Source: Plasmodiophora brassicae (taxonomy: Eukaryota). Taken from it: a DNA stretch of 56,657 nucleotides. The stretch's first letter is position 1. Each line of letters opens with the position of its first letter. The notes under the pieces are model-generated. The model worked only from the letters and a program-made list of their open reading frames with translations, was not told where the DNA came from and ran no database searches. Made by a program: the position numbers and the translations under genes. Of the stretch, positions 35,632 to 46,399 are shown piece after piece. The stretch spans positions 1,488,001 through 1,544,657 of the forward strand of contig CP145413.1 of NCBI GenBank assembly GCA_036867785.1, read 5' to 3'.

Positions 35632-37534
35632 TCACGTGATGACCGTCGGCTCGGTGCGCTTCGTCAGCGCAGCGATATCGCTGAGGCGCAGGGCAATGTC
35701 GACGAGTGGTTTAAGCGCGTCCGCCGTCGCTTGATCCAGGTGGGCCGGGCGGCTCTCGTAGCGCTCCATGTAGATTCGGATCGTAGCACCGACAGACCCT
35801 GTAGCGATTCCGTCAGCATACAGGCCGTCGGGTATCGTGAGCGACCAAGACATGCGAGTGTCCTACCAGTGCCGCTCAGACGATAGATGATGCGTGACCC
35901 GTCCGTGAACAGGAACCGGACGCCCTGTTGACGGGTGACGCTGCCGTCGACGGGATCCTTGTACTCGAACTCGTCCGCGACATCAAGCGCGAACTCGCCA
36001 TAGTCCGTGCCGACATGTGGCTTGGCGATAAGCTGGCGCAGGCGGGCAAAGACGCGGTCGGCCGCTTGGCTCTCGACGCCCTCGTAATCGTATCGCGAGT
36101 AGTAGTTGCGCCCGTATTCGGCCCAATGCGCACGAACGACATCGGCGACGGAGCGGCGCTGCCCATCGCGATTGTTGAACTCCATGATCGACAACCAGGC
36201 CAGCACGGCCCACATGCCGTCCTTTTCGCGAATGTGGTCGGACCCGGTCCCGAAGCTCTCCTCGCCACAGATCCCGATCCGCCCGGAATCCATCAGGTTG
36301 CAGAAGAACTTCCACCCGGTCGGCACCTCGTAGATCGGGATGCCCAGCTGCTTGGCGACGCGATCAACGGCGGATGACGTTGGCATGGATCGAGCGACGC
36401 CGCGCAATGGGGTGCGGCAGTAGAACGGGATGGCCCCACGAGCGGCATGCGCGGCAATGATGGCTAAAGAATCGCTGGGTGTGACGAAGAACTCGCGACC
36501 CAAGACCATGTTCCGGTCCATGTCGCCGTCATTGGCGGCACCGAAATCAGGAATGGGTCCCTGTGCGGCGCCAGGCTGCAGGCCCATGCGTTGCACCAGC
36601 TCGGGAGCGTAGGTCAGGTTCGGATCCGGGTGCGCGCCGCCAAAGTCCTCTAGCGGTTTCTCCCGAACAACAGAGGAGCGCGGCAGGCCCAGCTCCTCAA
36701 CGAGGATCCGGACGGCGGTCGGTCCCGCAACGCCGTTCATGCTGTCATGCAGGACAGTGAACCGGGTGTCCTGAATGAACTTCTTGATCGCCGCGAAGTC
36801 GAAGATCGTCTTGAGTAGGCCGGCGTGGGCAGTAGGACCGTCCACCACCTCAACGGTGAACCCCGGCAGGATCTGCTGCTTACCAACCTATGGACATACG
36901 GGCGCAATCAGCGAACCGGATGGGCGCGTCCCGTGCGGGCAGTGTGTGACCTTGCCGGCATCGAACTCGGGCAGGTTGTGGACAGTCTTGAAATGACTGA
37001 TCTTACGCGACTTGGCAAACACGAGGTCGGTGAAGGACTCGGGGGCGGCACCGCCGTTGCCAACGTTGTACTTGACGCCGAAGTCGCCATCGGGACCGCC
37101 CGGGTTGTGGCTCGCCGTCAATATGATACCGCCCGTTGCCGAATGCGAGCGAATCAGGACGGAGACGGCCGGCGTCGACAGCAGGAAATCAATGCCGACG
37201 ATCACGTGCTTGTAGCCGTTCGCCGCCAGCATCTTGAGAATAATTTGGCAGGCCTGGCATGACAGATGCCTGGGTCAATAAAGCAACGGACATGGAAGGG
37301 CCGACCGCTGACCTGTTTGTTGAAATATCGCCCGTCGCCAGACAGGAGGATCGGTTTCGACTTGTCCAGGCCGGACGTGGTCTCCTCGACGGCGTCCAGG
37401 ATGGCCTGCACGAAGTTCTGCAGGTAGGTGCCCTTCTGGAACGTCGCCACTCGCTTGCGCAGGCCGCTCGTGCCCGGCCGCTGATCATCGTATGGGCCGT
37501 CGGCCTTGACGACGTCAACGGCGAGGTTGGACAT
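35632..37534 (-). CDS. PGM: Phosphoglucomutase, multi-exon
   Basis: [40 protein letters not shown] and terminal EPTVIT. Confidence 0.95.
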
Positions 37535-37779
37535 GGCAGTGGCTCCCATCAATCACGCCCCGTAACGTCCGCGCCAGTCCCCACTTCGCAAAATGTTGCC
37601 CCAGAGTTGAACGGGCGGGCGTTGCTTCCGCCGCCGGCCAGCTGCCCATTTCAGCATGTTTAGCAAACGGCCGGAGCGGGGACGTTGCGCGTTTCCAATC
37701 GTCGACGATCGAGGAGGTCAGTGCCGGAACTTGCAGACAGTGACGACTTCAGCATCGTGCCACACCGGGCTGGCGGGAG

Positions 37780-39363
37780 TCAAATATGTCGTACGAATGT
37801 AGTAATTGAAGTCTGGCGACGTGCAGAGAGGTGGCGTCGGACGGCCTGCCAGACTTTGCGGACGCCCGTTGTCAGCTTGGCGTTGTCGAAATCGGCGACA
37901 GGGACCCATCGGGTCTCTGTATCCGTACCAGAAGTGACGGCCGGGTCGCTTGGGAACCGCGCGTACGTGATGTCAATGGTCATACGAATGTGGGTGAAGA
38001 TATGTTGAACGGGTCCGATTCCGCGATGGACAGCAAGAGCGCTGTCGTCCGTCAGAGCGCGATCGAGCTGGTCGCCAAACCGCTCCCAGCAGGGAAACGC
38101 CCACTGCCCGGCCAGTAATCCTTTACAGGCCCGCTTCACAAGAAGAACACGGCCGTCAGATTCGACGCAGCAAACGCGAGTGCTCTGCTCAGTGACGCGC
38201 TGTTTCAGTTTCTTCAACGGGTACCTGGTCACGACGCCAACAGGGTCCGGGATGTCACCTTCAGCACAGCAGACTGTGCACATTTCAATGTCGCTGGTGA
38301 TACCGTTGCGGTTATGTGCAGGACGGCTTGACTGACATCCCTCCTGCCTGGCAAGGCAAATCGACTCGATGGGACATGCCGAGCACGACGGGTTGTGTTG
38401 CGTGCAAACCGTGGCGCCCAGTTCCATCAGCGCCTGGTTGAAGTCCCCGGGACGCTCGTAGTCCACAATATCGCCTGCCAGCGCCCAGTGCAGCTAGGGA
38501 AAACAACTGAGCCAAACACGACGTCTGCGGGCAGATGGAGGGCGGCTTTACCTTGAGGGCGTTCGACGCATTCGGAGCCGCCGCGATGGCACGCACCCTG
38601 GATAGAACGCGAACCACGTTGCCATCGACTAATGGAACACGCTGGCCGAAAGCGATGGAAGCAATCGCCCCGGCGGTGTATTCGCCAATCCCGGGCACTT
38701 TCTTCAACCCTGCACCGAGTGACAGACGTTATATTTGCACACACAGACTCTGCTACTGCGGCCGACCTGGAACAGATGTCGGCAGCAGACCGCCGCATTC
38801 CTTCATTGCCCACTGAGCTCCTTCTAGCAAGAAACGCGCACGTCGATAATACCCAAGACCGGCCCACATTTCGTTCACGTCCTGCGAACACACGTATCAG
38901 TACTACCCAGGGTCAAAGATCATCGACGAGCACATCGGTTACCTCCATGGATGCAGATGCGAGATCTGCAATTGACGGGAACCGTTTCATCCATCGTTCA
39001 TAATACGGAATCACCTGAATCAGCAGACATGTCAACAGAGCAACGCACCGTGCAACGGCCGGCGTCGTACCGTATCAACTCGAGTCTGCTGGAGCATGAC
39101 TTCCGATACCCAGACCGCGTAAGCGTCGCTGGGCAGCGATCGTCCCGGTCTATTTATCAATGGTGAATTCGCATTCGCACGTTAGTAAATCTTCTCAAGA
39201 CAGACGATGGGTTGTCATAAGGCGGTTTGTCGCCTCTCCAAGGCAGGCACCGCCGATGCGTATCGAACCATGATAGCAGGTTAGCCCGCACCACGGGGAC
39301 CTCGTCATGGGTGAACGTGTGATATGCCGAGGCATGCCCCTCTTGCCGACACCTCTTCGTCAT
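37780..39363 (-). CDS. MUTYH: A/G-specific adenine DNA glycosylase, multi-exon
   Basis: [28 protein letters not shown], Hh[28 protein letters not shown], Fe-S motif [17 protein letters not shown], and a Nudix-like C-terminus. Confidence 0.95.
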
Positions 39364-39756
39364 TGTGCGCAACGCCGACGGACCACCCACCCAGCCCAAC
39401 GCAATGAGCGCGGAATGCCTTTTACATGCGCTTTACGCGGTGTGGACAACGAGAAATGACAGTGAAGCCGGTGTGTGGGGACCGCGCCTGGTGTCGTATA
39501 CGAACTTTGTTCGTGTGGCGGCGATCCACCTCCAGATCAACCGCTTTATCAGGCGCGTGAACTTTCGGTCAACGTTAACGCCTCCAACAACTCATTGGGC
39601 GTGCTGTGCTCTGCCAAACGTGGCGATATCTGTGACAAAACGTCGAACTTAGTACTCTGGACAACGACGTCGACTTCTGCGTAAGTACGGGACGGCTGGG
39701 ATCCGGTCAATTCACTCGGACCCGACGGCGACGCGCGCAGACGTAATCGGGGACCA

Positions 39757-42700
39757 GCTGAAAGTAGGCGTCTCCGACTTGGACTACCGCCTGTGGCACC
39801 ACGTCCTGTACACAGGAGAAGTCAGATATTCCAAGGCATCCATCCATCGCCGTTGTCGGCCCTGTACCTACCACCGTCGTCTTGCGGCGCGCCACAGAAA
39901 CCGTCTGGCCATCGGGACCTGTCTCCTGGACAACTGCAATGGGATCTTGCCGCACCAGCATAACCTGGCCCTCTTCCACCTTCCCCTTCATCTGGCGCAG
40001 CGTCGTGCAGCGGTGCTCCACGTCCCATCCGGAATTGCACGGTCGTTCGGAGGAGCACCTTCTGGCGAGCGTCGTCGTGTGGTCACTGACAAGCGCATCG
40101 GCGAGGGTCGTCCGGCTCCGCGAACCACTCAACATAACAACCGGGAGCTCGCAGGGCGGGCGCCTAGAGGCATGGTCGCAGGTTGCGCAAGTGTCGACGA
40201 CGTGCTCAATGAACACAACAATCGATCTCTCGATCGGTTGACCATTGGCCCAGGTAACGGCGTACGCATCATCTGCTGCAACAGCTCCAGTGCGAAGTCG
40301 TCTGCGTCGTGTTGTTGTCCGGCATCGAACGACCTCGTCGCCAGGTCAGCCTCGCTGACGACCTTGCTGAGGTCCACCAGAGTATCGGACGCCACTTGCA
40401 GATCCAGACGTGGGTTCATCAGATGGTTGTACGTAGGGGTGAGCCCAAGGTGCGGGCCCGGAGACACATTGCCAGCCGGGCAAAGCCCGCATGATCTGGA
40501 TTGGTCCGATGGCGTAGCAAATATGGAACGACAGACGCCTGCCGCATCATTGTTCGAAATGCCCGCTGGCATCAACGATCTGGCGTCATGCTCCTAACAG
40601 CCCCGTTAGCGTCGACGATGCCGTTCAAGGCAGCGTCCCGTACCTGTGGAGCACGTTGCGCTTCTTCGATCAGTTCGCGGTCGACGTGTGGTACGGGCCG
40701 GCTTGCATGCTTGCCAGGAGATTGTTCGCCTTCCTGCGGACAACGCTAGCGCGTTAGACGTCGTCATCGCCTCCGTGCCGGCGTTGCCAATTTCGAACCT
40801 GATCTGGTGCCTTGAAAGAGCGGTCTGCAAGTCCAGCAGCAAATGTAGTGGCCCTCTTGTGTTGTGCCTACAGCGAGCGGACGGTCAGTAAAACAGGCCA
40901 TACGGGTACAATCATCACCGACCGGTGCACGCGGAATGCTGCGCTTGTCAGCAGGGTCCTTGATCACTGTCATCGGCGCAGGCGGCGGCGCTTTCTGCAA
41001 CGTCATGCCGGTTAATGATTACACCCAACCCGGTGTACGCTGTAGTAAACTGACCACAGGGCGTGTCTTTGTGGCACAACGCTTTGAAAGCTTGCCTGCT
41101 TGACAGTAAAGTTTGCTCTGCGTCACACACCCATCGTTAGCATACGTGTCTGCCAACACTGGCCTAAACAGTTACCTCGCTCTCTCGCGATGTCGACTGA
41201 CACAGGTCGTTTGTGTCTCTCGACGATTCATCGCGGTCGCTCTCCGTGCTTGACATAGAACGAGGTCAGCAGCGGCCTGTTGGCAGTGCAGTGATCAGTA
41301 CACCCATTCGTGCCCAGCCATTCAGTCAGCAACGAACGATTCGCCTGCGTTTGCCAGACGCGCGTCTCTGCAGTCTTGTGGCGCGCCGACTCGCCCGCGT
41401 GCGACGAGCAGGTCCATTGCCGTCGGCTGACGCGTCATCATCAATGTCCTTGTCCAGCTGGTCGGCCCGGTTGCCCCGGCGCTGGCGAATGGCAGCCACG
41501 TACGCGCCCACCATATCGTCGACGATGCCGCGAAACCTCGACGACGCTCCCTCAGTCATCGGCCTTGGTCGCGAGTCCAGGATGATCAGCTCGAACGCGT
41601 TTACGAAATATTCATGCGCGCGCTTCGAGCTCAGGCCGAGCTCGACGAGCGTGCGGCCCACAGCGCCGATCCGCGCTAGAGCGTGCTTATAAGGCGCGCC
41701 AATCGATGCGTGCAGCGCCGCACGTCTGCAACAGGTCGTCGATGACGATGACATGCTCAACGGGGTCACGAACGGCGTCGTGTCGACCGGCGCCGACGTA
41801 GGTCAGCACGCCGGGGCGCAGCGCACGTGAGTGATAGACGAGAATCAGAATAGTCGACAGGTCGACGGGAGGCGGCCACGCGTCCTTGACCGCCTTGACA
41901 GCGGCGTGCACCTGCGACGACAGCGTCTTGTGGTCCTTTGACAATTGCACGATGGAATCGACCGCCGCCGACTGGACGAGCAGGCCGTTGTGCGGGTCGG
42001 CCAGGAACGAGCCCCAGTCGATCTAATTGGTGCAAGCGCCCCGCGCGTCCGGCGACGAGTGTAGGACGCCCTGTATGAGGGCCAGCGCCTCCCACAGCCA
42101 GTGACGCTTCTTGCTGCCCTGATTGGCCAACGGCAGGGGTACGTCCTGCCAACTCTCGTACGCATCCAACAACGTGACTGACCGTGATGCCAGCGGCAAC
42201 GCGCTCAGAGTCATCGGGTCAGACGACGCTGGCAGACTCACCACAGCCGATGGATCGTGAAGTGGCGGGACCAACATGACGACATCCGCCAATACGGCCA
42301 GATAACACGACGACGGCACACAGCGTCCATCGGGGCGAGCACGCATCGCTCGACGCTGGGCGACGGTCTTGGTCGCAGACGCCATCAGATCGGACACATA
42401 CTCGTCGGTGATATTGACTGGCGGCGGGTCGACCAGCGTGACGAACGGATGGATGACGCGCCCCGACCAGCGTTGCAACAGCGTCACCTGGATACCATCG
42501 CCACCTAAACGCTCCCTTGTCCTCGCGACCCTGTTCACCAACGCCTGCATCACTCGCTTGTCATCGAAACGTGACTCTGGAATGATTGACATGAAGTCGC
42601 GCCACAGTGCACGGTGTGGCAACCGTTCGAGTTCGTTGCGATCCAGTTGGAAAAAGTGATGGTTGGCAGCAACGACAGCGACGGATCGAGCGTCGACCCA

Positions 42701-43098
42701 CGCCTGCCGAGACGGTGCAGGGCGTCCAGCGACGGCATGAAGCCGGCGAAGAGGTAATCGTGCTTCTGGTCCAGGTCCGGTCGATCCAGAGCAACCCATA
42801 CACCGGGCGCCAGAGTCTTCCTCTTCGCCAACTGGTCGTACGTATACGCACCTTCAGTTTGTAGAGGGTTCAGAGAAATGGCGTCCGGAGTCAGCATTGT
42901 GCTCAGCCCTTTCTAGATGACAAGGAACCACGACTGGACCAAATAGTGGAACGCGTGACGGTTTCCCTTAACGGAGATCCGCAGTACGGTCGCCATCATG
43001 TCGTCGTAGTCGAGGCTGTGAATGAAATCCAGAAATTCGCCCTTGTTGATGACTAGACCCAGCGGATCCATGAATGTTTCGTCGACGAAGAAACGTCC
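39757..43098 (-). pseudogene. Decayed, doubly truncated paralog of the large-ORF/USP unit at 49727-55174
   Basis: Fragments such as TGRFFVDETFMDPL, LRISVKGNRHA, QTEGAYTYDQL, KRHWLWEALALIQGVLH, PAGISNNDAAGVCR and QHDADDF match the distal copy. It has frameshifts and an in-frame TAG near 42913. Confidence 0.85.
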
Positions 43099-43107
43099 GG
43101 TTTTAGG
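43099..43107 (+). repeat. Single telomeric repeat at a module junction
   Basis: GGTTTTAGG lies where homology to the large ORF stops and the non-LTR 3' UTR ends. Confidence 0.55.
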
Positions 43108-45755
43108 AACTTCTATTTGTATTTGTCAGATACAGCTAAAGCGTCGTGAGCTCGGCGGGAACGGACGTGAATAGGACAGGCTTGACTCGAGTGACAGGAT
43201 CGGCGGAGTGCGCAGCGTTCACGGCGGGCGCCATGAACGCGCGCGGCGCTCTATGTCGGCCGCACTGTGCCCGTCTAATGGCGACTGGACACGGCCGGGC
43301 GACGATGCAGGCGACGGCGCGTCGGGGCGCAGCGGCACACGAGCTTCATGCTGGGGTCCAGCGTCGGCTTCCGCCGGTCGCCCGGTCGCGTTGGCAATAC
43401 ATCTCATCACGATGGCCGTCATTATCGCCGTCGGCGAGAGATGGTGGGCGCGTCGACGAACTCGGGCATCGGCATCGATCTCTGGGCCGGCTATGTCCGC
43501 ACCGCCCAGGAACCCGACCAGTGCAGGGTCGTCGAGGACGTGTTCGGCGACTTCAACGGCGACTCGCGCGTTCTCGTTGTCCTCATCGTCGCTGATCTCG
43601 TTCCATAGCGTCGCGTCCAGGCCAGCAAGCGCAGCGACGCCCTGAGCGGAGATGGCGAGCGACTCGCCGCGGATGCAGCGGGCGGCAACGGCGCGGATGA
43701 ACGTGCCCAGGACGGCCAGCCAGCGTCGCTGGCGATCGCTCAGCCGAAACGTCGGGTCGCGCGGATCCGGCATGCGGCGCGGTCGTAGACGGTCGTCTTC
43801 TCTGGCGGGCGGCGCCGTCAGGCGTGCGTAATCGTTGAGCTGGATGGCGACGTAGTCGATGGCGACGCCCGTGTCCGCCCTGTTGAAGTGCAAGGCACGG
43901 ATGCGCCAGTCGATGATTGGCCTGAGCAGGCGCGACGATTCAGTGCAACGGGCAGCAATGTGATACCTCGAGAGGTTCTTGTCGTTGCACGCCCGGCACT
44001 GGGCGTTCGAGCCCGGTATGCGGTTCGTGACCCATGAAGCCACCGCATATGCGTCGTCGCCCGAGTGGTACGCCGCCGGAAACGGGAGGTTATACGGCTG
44101 TAGCTGCAGGCGCATCAGCTTGCAGGACGCATCAGCGGCAGCCCACGTGTGGAGCTCGAGCGCTTGCAGCAGGGCGTCTTGCCGATCGGGCAGGCGTGGG
44201 CGCTTCCGCGTCGGGCGGCCGGCTTCGGCGTCGGCGAGTTCTTCACGGGCGCGTTGCTCGCGGGCGTCACGGCCGTTCCTGTAGATGGCGGTTGCGTCCG
44301 CGTAGACCTTGCAGCCCTTCAGCATCATGTTGAATCGGCTGCGCGGGTTGCTGAGCGCCCAGCGCGTGACGCGGACCAGGAACGGGACGCGATCGCCATC
44401 CTTGATCTGCTCCGACCACGTGATCTGCTTGAACGCGAACCGGGCGCGCAGCTTGGCCTGGCGGGCAGCGGCGGGCACGAGTCCCGCGTACCGGAGCATC
44501 AGGGACGAGCCGATGCGGCGGCGGTATCCACCGAAGAACAGGGCGGCGGCCGACTTCTGCAGCTGGTCGAGCTTCTTCAGTAGGCCGACGTGGCTGTTGC
44601 TGATGGCGAGTCCGTACTCGGCGCGCGAACGGATCCAGGCGCCGACGACGCGCGTCTTCCGGACGATCGACAGGTGCTTCGTGCTGAACACGCCCGAGTG
44701 CATGATCCCGATCATGGCCTTCTCGGCTTTGGCTGTCCGCGAGGCGAGCTGGGCTCGATGATCGAGGCGACCATCCTTCATGACGACGCCCAGGAAGCAC
44801 ACCGGCTTGTCGAGCTCGTGCTCCTCGACGACGCGGTTGCCGCCGATGGTCAGGGCTGCCGGCTGCGCGGCGGTCGACGTCCTCGGCCTGGAGACGATCG
44901 ATTTCGTCGCGTTCCACTCGAGTTCGTGCCGCTGCGCGTACTCCTGACAGAGGTCCATCATGGCCTGGGCCATCTGGTCGGTGAAGGCGTGCAGCAGGGT
45001 GTCGTCGGCGTAGAACTGGCAGGGCACCGGCATGTGGTCGAACATCGGGGCCTCGTCGCCGAACCGCGACACGATCAGGTACGGCAGGTCGTCGATCAGG
45101 ACGTTGAATAAGTCAGGGGAGCCAATCGCGCCCTGGAATAGGCCGACGAGCGCGGCGATCCGCTCGGACAGCTGCCCGTCCAGAGCAATGATGAAATGGC
45201 AGCCGTCAAACAAGGCCTGCAGAACGGCGATGATATGTGCAGGTACGCCTCGTCTGCGTAGCTTTGAGTAGACATGAATGCGGCGGGCGCTATCATACGC
45301 CTTCCTCATGTCGAGGAGGACCTCGATCAGCGGCTTGCGTCGTGCCGCCCAGTGGGTGGTCAGCTCGTCGGCCACCCACACGGCTTCGGGGACACCGATG
45401 CCTCGCCGAAATCCAAACTGGAGGAAGTGCATCTGCAGCCACCCCTTCAGGTGCATGTACGTGATCAGACACGTCTCATATGCCTTCCGGAGGTGGGACT
45501 GCAGCGCAATGCCTCGCCAGTTCGACGGGTCGGCGGGTTCGGTGTTCCGTTTGTGCACGGGCACAACGAGCGCCGACCGCCAGTCAGACGGCACGAGCTG
45601 CACAGTGTACAAGCAGGTGAACATGCAGGATATCCAGGGGCCGGCGGCATCCGGGTCACACTTCAGGAGGTCCATCGGTATGTTGTCCGGGCCGACCCCC
45701 TTCATCCACTCATGCCGTTTGATGAGTTGACGGTGTGAACACGGTGTCCGATACC
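43108..45755 (-). mobile_element. 5'-truncated non-LTR retrotransposon
   Basis: RT ORF plus about 110 nt of 3' UTR, no poly(A), with telomere-like sequence on both sides. Confidence 0.85.
43219..45705 (-). CDS. Non-LTR reverse transcriptase with C-terminal CCHC knuckle (N-terminally truncated)
   Basis: KGVGPDNI, NWRGIAL, QFGFR, LDMRKAYDS, GLFQGAIGSP, catalytic FYADD, FLGV and CRACNDKNLSRYHIAARC. Confidence 0.92.
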   Translation of the reverse strand: MKGVGPDNIPMDLLKCDPDAAGPWISCMFTCLYTVQLVPSDWRSALVVPVHKRNTEPADPSNWRGIALQSHLRKAYETCLITYMHLKGWLQMHFLQFGFRRGIGVPEAVWVADELTTHWAARRKPLIEVLLDMRKAYDSARRIHVYSKLRRRGVPAHIIAVLQALFDGCHFIIALDGQLSERIAALVGLFQGAIGSPDLFNVLIDDLPYLIVSRFGDEAPMFDHMPVPCQFYADDTLLHAFTDQMAQAMMDLCQEYAQRHELEWNATKSIVSRPRTSTAAQPAALTIGGNRVVEEHELDKPVCFLGVVMKDGRLDHRAQLASRTAKAEKAMIGIMHSGVFSTKHLSIVRKTRVVGAWIRSRAEYGLAISNSHVGLLKKLDQLQKSAAALFFGGYRRRIGSSLMLRYAGLVPAAARQAKLRARFAFKQITWSEQIKDGDRVPFLVRVTRWALSNPRSRFNMMLKGCKVYADATAIYRNGRDAREQRAREELADAEAGRPTRKRPRLPDRQDALLQALELHTWAAADASCKLMRLQLQPYNLPFPAAYHSGDDAYAVASWVTNRIPGSNAQCRACNDKNLSRYHIAARCTESSRLLRPIIDWRIRALHFNRADTGVAIDYVAIQLNDYARLTAPPAREDDRLRPRRMPDPRDPTFRLSDRQRRWLAVLGTFIRAVAARCIRGESLAISAQGVAALAGLDATLWNEISDDEDNENARVAVEVAEHVLDDPALVGFLGGADIAGPEIDADARVRRRAHHLSPTAIMTAIVMRCIANATGRPAEADAGPQHEARVPLRPDAPSPASSPGRVQSPLDGHSAADIERRARSWRPP

Positions 45756-45801
45756 TTTAGGGAATGATTTAGGGGGGGTGGGGGGGGGTCCAAAATGGAC
45801 C
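45756..45801 (+). repeat. Telomere-like/G-rich junction with hairpin
   Basis: TTTAGGG AATGA TTTAGGG, then G-runs, then the GGTCCA-AAA-TGGACC inverted repeat. Confidence 0.6.
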
Positions 45802-46399
45802 AGGCAAACTCCGCTTCGGAACCACTGGGAGAGTCGAAATCGTGCAGGAGCCACGATATGAACGTCCGCGCACCACTGCACCATCACGGCAGGACATCTT
45901 GATACGTTCGCGAGTGCACACTGTCTGGCAAACTCGGACGTCAGCCAGACAATTCGGGCCGTGTGCGGCCGGCGAACGTCGGCATGACAGAGAATGTCGG
46001 ATTCTATTCTGCTGATGTGTATCGAGCGTGTCGCAGACCGCGTCCAGTTCTGTTGCAGGGCACGACATCGGTCGGGTTACTGTCGCTTGTGTTTATGGTG
46101 TGTATGCGGATGGATGGCGATATACGTCTGTGTTCGATGCTATCCCCAGGACAAGTACGATGGGCGTAGACACACCCATCGATTGAAGGTGGGCGCCAGT
46201 CAACGTCAAGGCAGCCGCCGACTCCGTGGCGGGCGTCGTCGGCGCGACTGACGACCCGACGACGTCAACACTGCCGGCCGATGAGTAGGGCCGTCTGACA
46301 GCTGACAACGCATGACGCAAGAAGAAATCGGCCCAAAAAAATCGCATTTATGGACCCAGTTTTTTGGGACGTTAAGCCCCTTTGCCGAGCAACGTTGCC

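Noticed and set aside
46278-46332. CCGATGAG...GAAA, a possible second hammerhead
   Set aside because: The core is CCGAUGA rather than CUGAUGA, and I could not form convincing stems I-III.
46332-46368. CCCAAAAAA/TTTTTTGGG inverted repeat
   Set aside because: Short and low complexity, with no TSD or partner end found.
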